Assembly (NCBI GenBank): GCA_951406725.2
Contig: OX597824.1
Coordinates: forward strand, 36,270,001 to 36,334,000
Direction: 5' to 3'
Origin: Octopus vulgaris
Taxonomy: Eukaryota
Length of the DNA stretch: 64,000 nucleotides
Positions 1 through 14,351 of this stretch are shown piece by piece. Numbering within the stretch: the stretch's first letter is position 1; each line of letters opens with the position of its first letter. Below the pieces are notes generated by a model that had not been told where the DNA came from, ran no database searches, and was given only the letters and a program-made list of their open reading frames with translations. The position numbers and the translations under genes are program-made.

Positions 1-299
1 CACGTATTTAAAGGGAAAAATTTGACAAGACAGTCAGTCACCAGCTGACACTAGCTGACGATACATCGAAGAGGCCAAGGAACAGAAGAAAGAAGACATG
101 CACCCAACACCAGAGCTGAAGACACCTCTGAAAGTGGGGGCCCCACCACGTCAAAATGGTAGAGGAGTAGGGGCCGAAACCGGACATGATTCCTCCTGAC
201 GATGTCTTGAGCTAACTGGATCCTATAAAGGAGCTGTTGTGGTAGCAGACCACGAAATACGGTTGTAATTCCTTGCATACACATGAAACACACAGATAT

Positions 300-1850
300 C
301 TCCTCCTCCTATTCTTCCTTTAATGTGTTTCCCAAGCTGGCATGGGCCAGAAAGTTTAACAAGAACAGGTAAACTAGAGAGCTGCATAAAGTTCTAGTCT
401 GATATGGCTTGATTTCTACAGTTGGATGCCCTTTGTAATGCCAAGCACTTTACAGTGTGTGCTGGGTGCTTTTAAGGTGACACTGCATGAGTACTCTTAT
501 GCGGCACTAGCATTGAACTCGTGCAGGTCAATTCTCTTCACCAGGGGATGTGGCCTTAACACTTCTGCTGTGGAGGAGGTTCTCTTGAGTACAAGCAAGA
601 TGCCAGGTATCTTGGTCCTTTGTCATCTCGACTGAGAGGTTCAGTGTCCGGAGGTCGTCCTGCAGTACTTTGTCCCCTATCTTTCTGGGCCTCCCTCTTC
701 CATATGTTCCATTCACTTTGAGAGACCGGCACTTATTTATGGAGTTGTTGGTAACCATCCACATCACATGACCAAACCAGTGCAGTCTTTTCTCGTGCAC
801 AATGCATTTCTCTTATGCTTAATTTCTCTCTGAATACGAGAGGGTACCCAAAAGAAACTGGAAATTTGCAATATCATTTTATCCATTTACTTTTACATGT
901 TTACACTTTTATTGCCTTCGAAGTATTTTTCATTTGAAGCAATCCTGGAACTCTTGCAAAATGATGCCTTTTAATGCCTCTGTTGTTTTTTCATTCACCT
1001 TTTCCACATTAAGAACTTTTTTCATTAGGAGAATCAGGAAAAAGTCACAGGGATCAGGGTCACTTATCTGACGTGGGTAGGGTACTGTCTATTTTCTTGC
1101 TTACTAAGACCTCAGTCATTGCTAAGTTAACCTAAAGGTCCTTAGATTTCAGGTTTTGTTTTCACACCTGGAATTTCTTTTCTAGCTCTGATACAGAATC
1201 TGCTATAAGGGCAAGATCATCAATATATATAGGAGTTCTCAGGGGCTCCTGGTTTTGAATTCTTGTGTTATTGTCTGGAGGACAATGATGAACAGGAGGG
1301 AACTGAGGATGGAACCTTGATAAATGCCTACCTGTACACCAAATTCTTTATTGTACTTATGGTTAACTCTCACCTTACTGACAGAATCTTTGTACATAGC
1401 CTGTACAGCTTTCACAAGCTACTTTTTTTATCACTAGTCTTCTCAGAGCCCACCATATCACACAGCAGAGTATCTACCAAAGGTGTTCTCTAGATCAACA
1501 AATGCTAAGTATAATGGTTTATTCTTAGCTAAGTATTTCTTTTGCAGTTGCCTGATTATGAAAATAGCATCCATAGTACTTCTACCTGGAGCAAAGTCGA
1601 ACTGCATTTCATATAGCTTAATTCTGCTCCTAATTAATTAGGCTACAACTCTCTCCGTAATTCTCATTACCTGGTCCAGGAGTTTTATACCTCTATAATT
1701 GCTTCTATCTAAGGCATCTCACTTACCCTAGTGGCAGCTAACAATAATGCTGCTACACTAGTACCGAGTATTACACCTTCCTGAATAACCTGATTAATTA
1801 TGCAGGTGATTAGCCTATATTCTACTTTACTGGATATTTTGTATATTTAT
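300..1850 (-). mobile_element. Degraded RTE-type LINE fragments (RT C-terminus and 3' tail)
   Basis: ORF 528-800 'RLHWFGHVMWM...GRGRPRKIGDKVLQDDLR' is the typical RTE C-terminus; 1400-1850 reads as decayed RT; tail motif gggcatccaactgtagaaa. Confidence 0.75.
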
Positions 1851-3069
1851 TAACACACAACAGTATATCAAATAAACTAACACACACACCAACCTATGTA
1901 TACCAAACTATAGCTCTACAATTTATTTTCACTTCTGGGCATGTTAGACCACCTCTACCACCCCCACCAGATCTCAAAGCCAAAATATTACCAATATAGG
2001 AAATTTAACCTAACAAAGCAATCAGTTCTGATGAAATTCTTGAAGGAAAGCTGTGAGGAATTAACTAGCCCCTTGCATGATACTTTATTTGCAGCACATT
2101 TTCAGACCAACATAAAACCATCACAGAAATGATGTTCCTTTGCCTCGAATAGTCTTGTACTAATTATCATTAGCAAAGTAATGGAATCAACAGTCAATAA
2201 CCAACTGCAAGCTTATCATCTGAAAAACCAATTCAATCCTTGAAAGCAATTTGATATCCAATTTGATATCCATAGCACAGCAGGTTTTCTCAGATGTGGA
2301 ACTAAGATATGGGTGAAGATGTGTGACAAATCCAGGACATCAAAGGAGTCTCATACAAAAGATTCTGTGCTACAATGAACTTAAAAGGTAACAAAGTTAT
2401 TTTGGTATGAGATTGATCGAAGTTACACTTTTGAGTCCATTCACTGATCTGTCAGCCATCAATGCACAGTCCCACAAGGTACAATACTTGACACACTCCT
2501 GTTATTATCAAAACTTGTGAATGTAAAACCCTACATCTGCACTGATAACACCACGATGCAATCACCTATAAATATATGGAACAAATTTCGAGAAGCAACA
2601 ATCAGAGCAATTTTGGTAGATGGAATGTAAGTGTTCAATGGCCGGCTCATCATTCTCATCTTTGAAACATAATAAACTGGTTTGTTGGTTCCATCTTTGA
2701 GCTAAAAATTCAATGAAATTATTATTCATGTGCCATTTTCTTAATGATTTTTTATCTCTAACAAGGCTTCAGGTTGCTGCAGCGCAAGGGACAACAAAGA
2801 AGGGAAAGAGGAAGCCTACAAATTCAAAAGATATTGGTTGAGAGAAAGCTTGAAAGACTAAATGCATGCATATTATAGTTTGTTTTACCTTTAAAATAAG
2901 ACTAAAAGTGAATCCAAATCGAAACTGAAACAAGAGAGCAGACAAAATAAAAATCAATTTGAAAGCTGAAATGAAAAGAGAAATGGTTTCACAGGTTCTA
3001 CTGCTTTATGTTATCATACCACTAATTAATAATCATGAAACAACATTCAAGGAAAACAATCTTAAAGAA

Positions 3070-3288
3070 TGGTTGTATACTGTCAATCTAACACGAACGT
3101 GACAGTAGGGGGGTACACCACCGCTGTATAGCCCTAGGAAGCATCCTGAGGCGTCGATGCTTCCTAGGGCTATACAGCAGTGGTGTACCCCCTACTGTCA
3201 CGTTCGTGTTAGATTGACAGTATACAACCATTCTATCGCCCCACCACCGTACATGTCTCTACGAGAGATTTAGAAATTTAGTATTTCT
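3070..3288. mobile_element. Palindrome+tail insertion (arms 3066-3145/3156-3234) with 12-bp direct repeat
   Basis: Near-perfect inverted arms; AATCTTAAAGAA at 3058-3069 and 3289-3300. Confidence 0.8.
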
Positions 3289-3489
3289 AATCTTAAAGAA
3301 AACTTCCATTAATTCTTTTCCTTACATTTTAAAACAGTATTATGAGGTAAACACCCCTCCCCCAAAACAACCAATGATTTTTATTCTATTTTTTTAGTAT
3401 TTGGGATTTTTAAACACAATACCTGAACCTGAACTAGAGAAGCTCCAGGTATGGAAGCAAGGTCTAGAATCAAAGGGCCTTAGAGTTAA

Positions 3490-4610
3490 CCTAGCAAAAA
3501 CCAAAGTCTTAGTAGGCAGACAAATCACAAATCCCTTCAGTTAGATGGCCCTGCTCAATCTGTAGAAAAAGTGTAGGTAGAGACTCCATAACATGCACCC
3601 AGTGTAAGCTATGAACACATAAAAGGTGCAGTAATATCAGAGAAAGGTTAACAGGGAAACTAGATTTTGTATGTGGAAGATTCATGGGTACAATAAATGC
3701 TGAAAATGAGCAGAAAATAGACTCCATCAACTGCCAGAGGGGCAAGCTAGAGGTAGTAGACATGTCAGTGTGCATGTTCAACAGAATGTAAGCATCTCGC
3801 AAGAAAAGTTAAGCATAAGAAGCATTAGGTGTAGTGTGCAAGAGAGATGACTGCGCTGGTATAGTCATGTGATGTGTATGGATGAGGATAGCTGTGTCAA
3901 GAAGTGCCGATCTCTAACCGTTGAGGGAACCTGTGGTAAAGGTAGACCCAGAACAAGGTGAAGCATGATCTTCAAACTTTGAGCCTTACAGAAGCAATGA
4001 CTGGTGACCAAGACCTTTGGCGATGTACTGTGCTTGAGAGGACCTGTCAAGCCAAGTGCACCTTTCGAGTGTTGGGCTTCATGGAGGCAAAGTGGCTGAG
4101 TTCCTTCTGAGTGAGTGTTGGGCCTTATGGAGACTTTTGGCATTATTTCATGCTTAAGAAGAAGACCCATTAAGCTGAGTAAAATTGCAGTTGTGGCAGA
4201 TACTGGTGTCATGCAACTTGGTACCTGTGCCTTTGGCATTTAAAAGCACAGCATGCAAATGGCACATAAAAGCACTCATTACACTTTCAGAGTGATTGGT
4301 GTTAGGAAGAGCATCCAGCTGTAGAAAACCATGCCAAATCAGACTGGAGTTTGGTGCAGCCTTCCTGTGTGCCAGCTCGGTCAAACCGTCTAACCCATGC
4401 CAGCATGGACAACGGACATTCATCATTATCATCGTTTAACGTCCGTTCTCCATGATAGCATGGGTTGGACGGTTCGACCGGGGATCTGGGAAGCCAGAAG
4501 GCTGCACCAGGCTCCAGTCTGATCTGGCAGTGTTTCTACAGCTGGATGCCCTTCCTAATGCCAACCACTCCGTGAGTGTAGTGGGTGCTTTTTATGTGCC
4601 ACCGGCACAT
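3490..4610. mobile_element. RTE LINE 3' fragments and RTE-tail short repeats in both orientations
   Basis: gagcatccagctgtagaaaaccatgcc...catgccagcatggacaacggac tail at about 4310-4430 with an inverted copy at 4430-4610; decayed RTE C-terminal coding at 3780-4040. Confidence 0.65.
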
Positions 4611-4793
4611 AAAATGACAATAATTATGAAATGTTTCATGATAACTAAATGTTGGGGTTTAATGTGTTAATGTCTATAATTTTCATTATTTTATAGATTA
4701 AAAAGATTTGTGGAAGTATATCTGTAACCATCCATGCACTGTTGGATTAAAGGTGAAACAATGGTTTTATGAGATTGCGCTAGCTGATTGTTT

Positions 4794-4835
<42 letters not shown>

Positions 4836-5262
4836 TGAATCTAAAATAGGAATTCATAAACGCTGAAAGGATGAAAGGCAACGTTGACCCCGGTAGTATT
4901 TAAACTCAGAATGTAAATTTGGAAGAAGTGCTGCTATGCACTTTTTCAGGTGTGGTAATGATTTGGCCAGCGTACTGTCTTAGAAATTTATAAATATTTT
5001 TATCTATAGATGAAATATTTATATATTCATTCCATAATGAACAAAAGGAAAGATACTATTTCAATGTCTACATCATAATGTATCCCAAAGAACTTTTCAT
5101 TCTAGTGCAGCTGTTGCTTGTTAGACATTTGTAAGATTTTAATTTACGATTATAAGCCAAGTTACACCTTATCAACTGTTCTCTTCTTTCAGTGATCAAC
5201 AACTGAATTGTCTCATTCTAGAATATCTTCCCTTCAGATATATTACAGCAGTGGGAAATGTT

Positions 5263-5679
5263 GGATCTTTTCGGTTTGAACGGCAGTTTTTAACATAATT
5301 TCTAGGTAACTAAAAAATTTTAAACTTCGAATACTGGTAGAATGTGTTTATAAAACATCTATTTCTCTTGGCTTTATTGAGAAAATTCTATAGTTTGTAA
5401 GATATTTGTTGTTTTTATTCTTCAATTTCTGCAATTTCAACCAATCAGTGACATCTATTGAGGTAAAAAACATTCTGTGCCGTATGAATATGTCCCTCGT
5501 TTAAGAAACAGATTGGGTTTATTTACATTTGTGAAGAAAAAAATATACCCTTCCCCCCACCCCTAACCCTAACTCTAAAACAGATTGAAATGCAATAGAT
5601 CGATACTAGGGTCATAATTATGGGTGACAATTTCATATGACACCACTAGAAAAAACTGCCGTTCAAACCGAAAAGATCC
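5263..5679. mobile_element. MITE, GGATCTTTTCGGTTTGAACGGCAG TIR, 8-bp TSD (Merlin-like)
   Basis: TIRs at both ends; TSD GAAATGTT at 5255-5262 and 5680-5687; internal CCCTAA repeats. Confidence 0.9.
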
Positions 5680-6198
5680 GAAATGTTTTGTATGAGAGAA
5701 CAGAATAAAGCCTGTATTGGAATAAAAACTAATTTGAAAATTTGAACCCTCTCGCTTCAAATACATTAACTCTTTCAACAATGGCAACCACAATATATTC
5801 AGGAGAGAGCGGATTATACAATCAATCCAAACCATTCCCAGTTCAATGATAAATACTGAGGAGTTGACAAAAATATCTCTGATGTAAATATGCTCTAAAT
5901 AAGAAAGTAAAATAAGAGCTTGGTTTATAGCAATGCATCATGTCAGTACTCTTGGATTTCATACAATAATAATTGTGTATGGAATGAAAATACCATTTCA
6001 AGTTGTAGGTATTGTCTTATGTGAAATTATGCTTTTAAGGGAAAAACAAGTTTGGTGCCTGTTTACCAGGAATCTAATTCCTCTGTCACTAAAGTATTAA
6101 TTAAGAAATGAAACTCTTGAAATGACTTATCTGAAGTATTATCAATTTTATACAACAGGTGTCTATTTTGATGTGAAATAAAATTATCAAAAGCTTAC

Positions 6199-6334
6199 CC
6201 TTTTCATAATCAGATAAACATAATGGCCTCACTTTTAAATGGCTTCCTAAATTTTCCAGTGTGATTTTCCCAACAAAGTTACAAGTGTTGATGTCATCCA
6301 GCAATTTGGGATCAAATAAATAATAAATGTTATT
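6199..6334 (-). CDS. GNPNAT1: Internal exon of glucosamine-6-phosphate N-acetyltransferase (GNA1/GNPNAT1-like)
   Basis: Polypyrimidine tract + ttacag acceptor, then NNIYYLFDPKLLDDINTCNFVGKITLENLGSHLKVRPLCLSDYEKG, then gtaagc donor (phase 0 in, phase 1 out). Resembles the GNPNAT1 N-terminus (FDPxLL...G.xLxxRPLCxxDxxxG). Confidence 0.8.
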
Positions 6335-7514
6335 CTGTAAATAAAAAAGAAAGGAAGAAAAATTAACAAAATAATGTCATCACCAAAACTGTTTACCAAT
6401 CTCCAATTAATGAAGACTATTTCCTATATAATACCAAAGACAATATCTTATTATATTTTACAGCTACATCAAATAAGAAATATTTTGCTTCTAGCATTAT
6501 TTTTCATTCTACAAAGAAAAATTAATTGTGGAAATTTTCATTATTATTATTTTTTTCATAGATTTTATTTAGATAATTTTTTGAGATTCTTCTCATATCA
6601 TGTCATTTTTGCTTAGATTGTCCATTTCCTTTAGTAGAAAGATACAAGATACAAGAAAGATTGTATCCAAAATATGTCATTGCACTTCAATTTGTCAATC
6701 TTTTAAATAAAAAAGATATTATAAGCATTAACACTAAATGAAATGTGAACTATTACTGAAAGAGTAGCTTTCCAAGTACACAAATGCTGAAAAGGAAAAT
6801 TACTTTCCATAAAACAAATAAACATTATGAGGAAGAATCTTTTAAACCAATATCAACATAACCAAACATTTAGCTTCAAATCAATTAGATGGAGCAGACC
6901 TATGTTCACAAACATTCCACCTCTGACCATCCCCATCATTTTGAATATGAGAGACAACATTATCCCATGTGACCTCACTATTCAAGACTTGAGGGAGATT
7001 TGGCAGCTATTTCTAACAGGCCAAGCGACCACATATAAAAGTCCATGTAACAATGATAATATCTAGTTTGTGTAGGCTATAAGTGTGAAGTGCATCCCTC
7101 ACTCTCAATAATTTGAATATATTCTTAAACTATGTTTATAAAATTTGATGATGGAGGGAGGTGTTGTTAGGGTTGGGGTTTTTATTAAGATGTACACCAA
7201 GGAGAGGATTGAACTGGGTACAACAAGTTAATGTGGCATTCATACGGTGGAAGGAAGACTGAAAGCAACGAGAGATGATGTCATGTGAGTGAGTGAGAAC
7301 AAAAGTTTTTCCCTGCATTTGGTTTTTCCCGGGGATGCAAGCAGTGACAGAGGCTAGTTGTGAAGATAGAGATTTCGTGACAATACGGGTGAAAGATTGA
7401 TCAATCTGCTGGCAGTACCCGATTGCAAGTCGAGGTAAGAGCAATTTTATTTATGCGCCTTCAAACCACAAGTTATTTCGGCATGTTGTTGCAGGCCAAC
7501 TGTGAGGATATGTC

Positions 7515-7853
7515 TGAGACCCCCTTCGGTCACGACACAGACCATGGGACTGGACCTAGAAAGTTACCCTCCCAGGTACAAGTCCAGGCAAGGTTGTTTA
7601 TGGAAGACCAGCAGTCGCCCATGCATACCGGCCTCTCCTCTCCACGCCACCAGTGTTATCCAAGGGAAAGGCAAAGGCTGATACAGCTTGGCACCTGTGA
7701 CATCACAACTAATTTCTAGAGCTGAGTGAACTGGAGCAACATGAAATAAAGTGTCTTGCTCAAGAACACAACATGCAGCCCGGTCCGGGATTCGAGCTCA
7801 CAACCGCACGATTGTAAGCTCGACGCTCTAACCACTGAGCCATGCGCCTTCAC
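7515..7853 (-). mobile_element. tRNA-derived SINE (family C)
   Basis: Head gtgaaggcgcatggctcagtggttagagcg...tcgaatcccggacc; homologous to 61125-61460. Confidence 0.85.
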
Positions 7854-9298
7854 AAAGATATGTCTGAGAAGTAAATAATTCATAATTTTTTGTTGTTTTT
7901 GTTCTTCGTTTGTAATGGCCACAAAAATCAGAATTGGAAATGATATGTTGAGACTGTTCAACAGGGAAGGTGAATGGGTGGCCTGGATAAAGATGGTGAG
8001 GTTAGTGGTGAAGCTGAAGGGAATAAAAGATGTGACAAGTCTTATGCCACTGTATTTAGAAGGCAATGCATTGAATCTCTACCTGGAGATGAATGAGGCA
8101 GACCAAGAGAAAGTTGAAAAAATTGAACAGTGGCTGAAAGAAGCGTACACGGAGAAAACTTTTAAAGCCTACAGCAAGCTCAGGAAGGTTAGATGGACTG
8201 ATGAACTGATAGATAATTATGTGAGCGAGATTAGGAGATTGGTGGGCCTGGCAGGGTTTACTGGAGTAGTGATGGGATGGATGAATGGTGAAGTTGGCTT
8301 TTAGTTGATGAGATAGTGGACAGCGTCAATGTAGTGGTCGGAATGGACATGATCATACTATTGGGAGACGTGATGGTTGGCGGGGCAGGAATAGAATTTG
8401 GTGACTGGTGTGCTGCATGCTGCGAGTGTGAAGCGGAGGAAGAAGACCATAAGAGTGATAAATTACTGGCCCAGAGAGAGTTTTCTGTTGAGGATGAGGA
8501 CTTCTGTGCTGAGTTTGATGGCAAAAGATGGACAGTGTAGTAGTTCTTGAAAGGAGAACCTTCCATATTGAGAAACAGGAGAGCTGTTACAAGTATACCC
8601 TGAAAGGAGCTGCTACGAGTATACCCTGAGTGTCAGGTTTGAGTTCAAGACAGAGGTGAACAGGTGGATAGAGGAAGGCATTCTGATGCCATGGAGTGAA
8701 GAAACGATGGGCAATGTGCTGCCATTGATGGCTATGGTTCAGCTGACAAAAAATAAGGTTCGAATGGTGCTAGTCTTCAGGGAACTGAATGAAAATATGT
8801 CCTATCATATGGGTGGCGAGGCAGCAGATGTATGTGGAGAAACCCTTCATGAATGCAGGCGAATGAGGAGAGTAACTATGACCGTCTACCCCAAGTTGGC
8901 CTATCTGCAGTTCCATGTATCAGAGAAGTTGTGAAGGTACCAACTGGGAGGTACAGGGGCAGAACATACTGCCTGACTCAACTGGGTTTTGAGTTGAGTT
9001 CTGTGCCAAAGATCATGGCAAAGGTCTTCAAGATGGTTTTGGGCAAAGAGGCCAAAGTGGAGCAGGCTACCAGCTCATATATTGACGATATATTAATAGA
9101 TGAAAATGTGGTACCGGGAGAGGAAATCGCAGACCATCTAAGGAGGTTCAGGCTGACAGCAAAACCGCCTGAGAGTATAGAAAGAGGTATAATGCTGGGG
9201 CTTGGGCTCAAAAGAGACAAAGTAGGTAGGCTTGTGTTTCGCAGAGAAAACAAGATCCCAGATTTGAAACAGAATATGAATAAGTGAGAACTATTATC

Positions 9299-9565
9299 GG
9301 AGATGTACTTACATAGCAAGTGATTTGATCTGAGATCGTGTGCTGAAACAAAAACAATTGCAGCGTGGAAGGTGTTTGTAAGCCATTTAAGAAACACACA
9401 AAAGCTGTTCGATTCACTTCAACATTTAAGTTTAAGTTTAATTTGTCAAAATAATTTTTTCTTAAAGCGACGAAAATATTTTGACAAATTAAACTTAAAT
9501 GTTGAAGTGAATCGAACGGGCTTTTGTGTGTTTCTTAAATGGCTTACAAACACCTTCCACGCTGC
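9299..9565. mobile_element. Tail+palindrome insertion interrupting Gypsy pol, 12-bp TSD
   Basis: Arms span 9359-9566; AGAACTATTATC at 9287-9298 and 9566-9577; partial relative at about 43730-43837. Confidence 0.85.
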
Positions 9566-10869
9566 AGAACTATTATCAATATGTGGGAAGTTGGTGGGCC
9601 ATGAACCTGTCATAGGATGGCTCTGAACAGCATGTAGCCATCTCAAAAAGTGAGCAGGAGGAGAGAACTGGGGTGATAAAGTGGGAGAGAAGATGATGGT
9701 GATGATGATGCAAGAGGTCTTGGAGAGAGTGCGAGCAGAGGATCCAGTGAGAGTTGGCTAGTACGTGCCTGATACAAAGAAAGGGATCATATGGTGCGAT
9801 ACAAGCAGCATAGCATTGGGAGTCATGCTGGAAATAGGTGTCAAGTTGGAAGACGCAACATGGCTTAGAAAGGAGGATTACAACGTAACAAGTGCCATTT
9901 GATTGATCCTGCCCTGAACACACACGAACCAGGCAAGATTCAAGTAGAGGAAGATTGGAAGAGGCTGGCCATTGATGTGACATACTATCAGGGAAAGGTG
10001 TACCTTTCAATGGTTGACTGTGTACCAGGGTGAATGGCTATATGGAGAGAAATCAAGGCAGAGACTGCTGCTGCTGAGGTTACAGAGGTACTGAATGCAG
10101 TGTTTTTGGAAAGAGGGCCTATAGACGAACTACTGATGGATAATAGCACAGTTTTTTGCTCAGAGCAGCTGAGAGAGATGCTTAGAAGATGGAGCACGTG
10201 AGGTTTTTTCAGAGCTGCATACAGGCCAAGGTGGAAATGGGATTGTGGAATGACACCCCCATGCAATTAAAGCCATGGCTGAGAAGGGATGAATCTCCCC
10301 AATGGAGGCAGCCTTCTGGTATAACATGTCGCCCAGAGTAGAGCAAGCCAAATACTTGGTCCCGCACAGGACCATATTCCAATACAAGTGGAGACACCTA
10401 AGTGTAGTGCTGCAGCAGCGAGAAGTGGAAGGCATTACATCTTTGCAGGTTGGTGTGAAGTGTGGTTGAAGCCACCGGACGCTTAGTGCACAATGAGTGG
10501 GAAAAAGGAAAGGCGACCACAATCAGTGCTACAAATAATGTATCAGTGGATGGAATACTGCATCACATCCTAGATATTGAAAGAGTGATTAGCTCTTCCG
10601 ATGACGAAGGGGAGGGGGAAGGCAGCACCAAGACTCTACGGAGATCTCTATGGGAACGTCATCCCCACCAGGTGGGTGGATGATAATGAGATAGAACAGG
10701 GGAGCAGTGATCTTTAGATCAGGTGGAACGTATGGTGGAAGACTGGAAGCGACAAGAGATGACGTCACGTCAGCAAATGAGAAGCAAAGTTTTTTCCCCA
10801 AGTTTGGTTTTTCCTGGGGATGTGAGCAGTGACAGAGGCTAGTCGTGAAGATAGAGAAGTTGTGACAAT

Positions 10870-11178
10870 ATGGAGGCACATAGTCTAGTGGTTAGCGCAG
10901 CGAACTCGCGGTCGATGGATTGTGGGTTCGAATCTCAAACCGGGCGATGTGTGTGTTTATGAGCAAAACACCTAAGCTTCACGCGGCTCAGGCAGTAGGT
11001 AATGGCGAACTTCTGCTGACTTTTTCGCCACAACTTTCTCCCACTCTTTCCTCCTGCATCTTGCAGTTCACCTGCGACGGACCGGCGTCCCGTCCAGGTG
11101 GGGAACCTATACGCCAAGGAAACTGGGAAACTGGCCCTTACGAGCCAGGCATGGCTCGAGAAGGAACAAACAACAAAC
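10870..11178 (+). mobile_element. tRNA-derived SINE (family D) inserted in the 3' LTR
   Basis: A/B-box head; cctgcgacggaccggcgtcccgtccagg body; 15-bp TSD AGAAGTTGTGACAAT (10855-10869, 11179-11193); relative at about 39160-39410. Confidence 0.9.
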
Positions 11179-11986
11179 AGAAGTTGTGACAATGCAAGTG
11201 AAGAATTGATCAATCTGCCAGCAGTACTGGATTGCAAGTCAAGATAAGAACAATTTTATTTACATCCCTTCAAACCACAATTCATAAATTTCACTGTACA
11301 CCTGACAGTTTACATTAGTAAACCATTCCATTCAATGGAATCTATTTACAGTTAAGTGGTCTAGACTACTGAAACTTTAGGTTGTTTTTATAGAAGTCAT
11401 GAAATTGTAAACATTATTTCTTTGCGAGAGCAGAATAGTCTGTGGCTTTTCAAGTTCTTCGATAATTTTTCCCATTGTAAGGTAAACCCATGAGGTACCA
11501 GCATTTTCTTAAGATGCTAAATTATCTTTTCTTTGGGTTGTTCTTCAACATCTACCAGTGCAGATGACTACTTCATATCTGTAGTGAAAGGGGAGACTGT
11601 ACTGAACATTACTCATGATCCGTTCTCATCAAGAGAATGTTTGCTTGACCTGTTGTCCATAGAGAGCTCAGAGCATCATCAAATGTTATAATCATTCCAA
11701 ATAAAATTTGAGAAGCCTTATACTTCTTACACATGCACAATATATCATCATTATCATCAGCTATCGACTACAACTTGCATCATGCACATGCCACATACCC
11801 TGTTTTCCCTCCTAAGCTCATCGGCAGCCACTGTATTATGGTTCCTTCACCATTTAGTTCTGTTGATTCTGACCAGTATTCTTTTAAAAATATTTTTCAG
11901 ATCAAAATCTAAAGGAAGTAAATAATAAAGCCAAAATTATAATTAATTTTTTTAAAAATAATACATTCTGATATTTTGGTATAGAT

Positions 11987-12176
11987 CAGTGGTTCTCAAT
12001 CATTTTTTGCCTATTTAACTCTACTGAACCCCAATGTTAAAAAAAAATCCTATTATATTTTTATAATTAGAAATTATTAGGGATTGTATTAAAAAAATTG
12101 TTAAAATATCTCATGCATTGTAGAAGAATAAACTTTAACAACAAAGTCTTATATGGACCCCAGTTGAGAACCACTG
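11987..12176. mobile_element. hAT/Charlie-like MITE
   Basis: TIR CAGTGGTTCTCAA...TTGAGAACCACTG; degenerate 8-bp flanks. Confidence 0.7.
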
Positions 12177-12330
12177 GGAGAGAGGGTCTTTCTCAATGTT
12201 CAAAAGAGAGCAGCAAAATAGTTAAAAGGATTAAATTAATAATACTGTTTAATTAATCAAGCAATATTTCTACAAGACATATACATCCTGCACATTTTCC
12301 TATTAGATATTATTAATTAACTTTCTGATA

Positions 12331-13161
12331 CAGTCAACTCTCGCTACTATGCCACCCTGTGGGACTGAGCCAAAGTGGCATAGTCCCGAGAGTGGCATAG
12401 TACCGAGGGTCTGTTATCTAAACACTACATAACCAAAAATTTACTGAACATACGAATAAAAATTCATAGGGTAGGAAGTAAGGCCAATAAGAAGTTCAAT
12501 GCAATGGTAAGAAGAAGACTTCCAAGTTTATTAAGTTCAGATTGCTTTTAGTTAATCCCGAAGCTCTCAAAAATTGTCGGCTGACGCATCTTCTTTCGGG
12601 GGATTTCATTCATTTCGTTGTCTAGCCTATCACATGCCTGCATGACGCTGGGTTTTCCGCTGCTCTGCTGCTGCATAAACTTTCGGATAGTGCTCCATGC
12701 TCTCTGGGCATCTGCAAACGAAACGTATTCCGCTTCCACAATTACCTCGTCATCTTCACTTTCCACCAGCTCTTCGTTATGCATTACCTCCTTTGCTATT
12801 TCTTCTAGAGTGAAACATGTCGGACAATACAAGGGGCGGTAACTTGTATCAGATATTACTAATGATACGAGGGGCCCGACAATAACGTTTTTCGCAGCAT
12901 CGATAATCTCCTTCTTTTCCTTCAGCGTAAACTCAGTCTGCTTGCGTTTCTGAGCTGACATTGTGTGCTACTTTCTGAACTTTTCCACAAGATTACAAAT
13001 ACGAAATGTACAAAATGTAGGAGTACAAAATTTCGAAAAGTTGCATACGCTTCAGTTTACAAGTGGCATAGTAGCGAGAGTTGAGGGTGGCATAGTAAAA
13101 ATTTTTTGTTTATTATTTGGCCTGGACCGTGCAAAACTGGCATAGTAGCGTGAGTTGACTG
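12331..13161 (-). mobile_element. pogo/Tigger-like DNA transposon, internally deleted
   Basis: TIR CAGTCAACTC(T/A)CGCTACTATGCCA, TA TSD; ORF 12548-12961 keeps the N-terminal HTH start (KRKQTEFTLKEKKEII) and C-terminal KMRQPTIFESF but has no DDE core. Confidence 0.85.
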
Positions 13162-14351
13162 TAGTTAATGCAATGAACACTTTCACTACTACCAGATAAA
13201 ATTTAGTGCCTTTATGTGACTCAAACATATTGGAATCATCTAGAATGTGTAGTTCTATTCAACAAAAGGCAAAATAGATATTGTTAAAGTTTATTCATTT
13301 AAGCTTGGAGATTTCATTATAAAAATTAAAAACAAATTAATCTGCTTTAATTTAATTCCTGATATATGTTCTTTGCACACACACTACACACATCACAGGA
13401 AATTTTGGTTTTTCCTTTTGTTCCATACAAAGAAGCTTTAGTAAAGAAAGGCTGAAAATATATCTAAAATTTTTACAATATATATATATTTTCTTCATCA
13501 GTTTCAAAGTTACATGATTTTCAAACTTTGTGTGAGATAGATGGACATGAAACTATACTGTATTTGTCTTATTCTCACTGCAGTTTAAAAATTTGCTTCT
13601 TTTTACAGAAAGAGTATGGCTCAAACTGCCATCAGTTGAGGTGCAGTTTAGTTGGTTGAAACTGGTCACAAGGTCAGAGTCATATGACTATATGAAATAT
13701 AGTTGCGTCAACAATCACGGTCAGTGACTGTGTCGTGACAGCATGGATAACATTTATAGATTATGTCAGCATGTTAGGTCACATGACAGTATGGATTATA
13801 ACTGCACCAAAAATCAAGGTGTGCACCAATTCTTGACACTGATGATGACATTAAGAACCAATATTATCAGCAACTGAAGGTTGTTCTTTCCAAAATATTA
13901 CTTAAAGACAAGCTTGTCTTGCTTAGTAATTTCAGTGCCAGAGACAGAAAGAACTACTTTCTGTGAGGAGAAAAGGCATCGGAAACTGTATTATGAACGG
14001 ACAGTTATGTCTTGAACACTGTGCAGAACATTCATTACCAACACTCAGTTCCTGCTATGCTCCCTCCCACAATTATTTCTAATCTCTTCCTCACTTCATC
14101 ACCACCCACTTACTACTATAAATCAGTTCTCATCTTACCTTCCCTCATTACCCCAGTTATAGTGGTCAGGTAGAACCTTAGTCTCATGGGTTGCAAGGCG
14201 ACTTCACTAGTTCTGGTGCCACACAAAAAGGAAACAGTACATTCTGTAAAGTGGTTGGTACTAGGAAGGGCCTCCAGCTACAGAAATCGTGTTGAAGTAG
14301 ACATCGAAATATAATGTAGCCCTCCAACTTATTGGACTCAGAAGCTATATT

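Larger units (their letters stand above)
7200..11280 (+). mobile_element. Degraded Gypsy-like LTR retrotransposon with both LTRs (about 7200-7471 and 10700-11280)
   Basis: Similar LTRs both ending ttcaaaccaca; broken gag/protease/RT (YCLTQLGFELSSVPKIM...SYIDDILI)/RNaseH/integrase-like frames with many stops. Confidence 0.85.

Noticed and set aside
6101-6304. 67-aa ORF as a stand-alone gene
   Set aside because: It is part of a spliced exon with read-through into the intron after the donor at 6198
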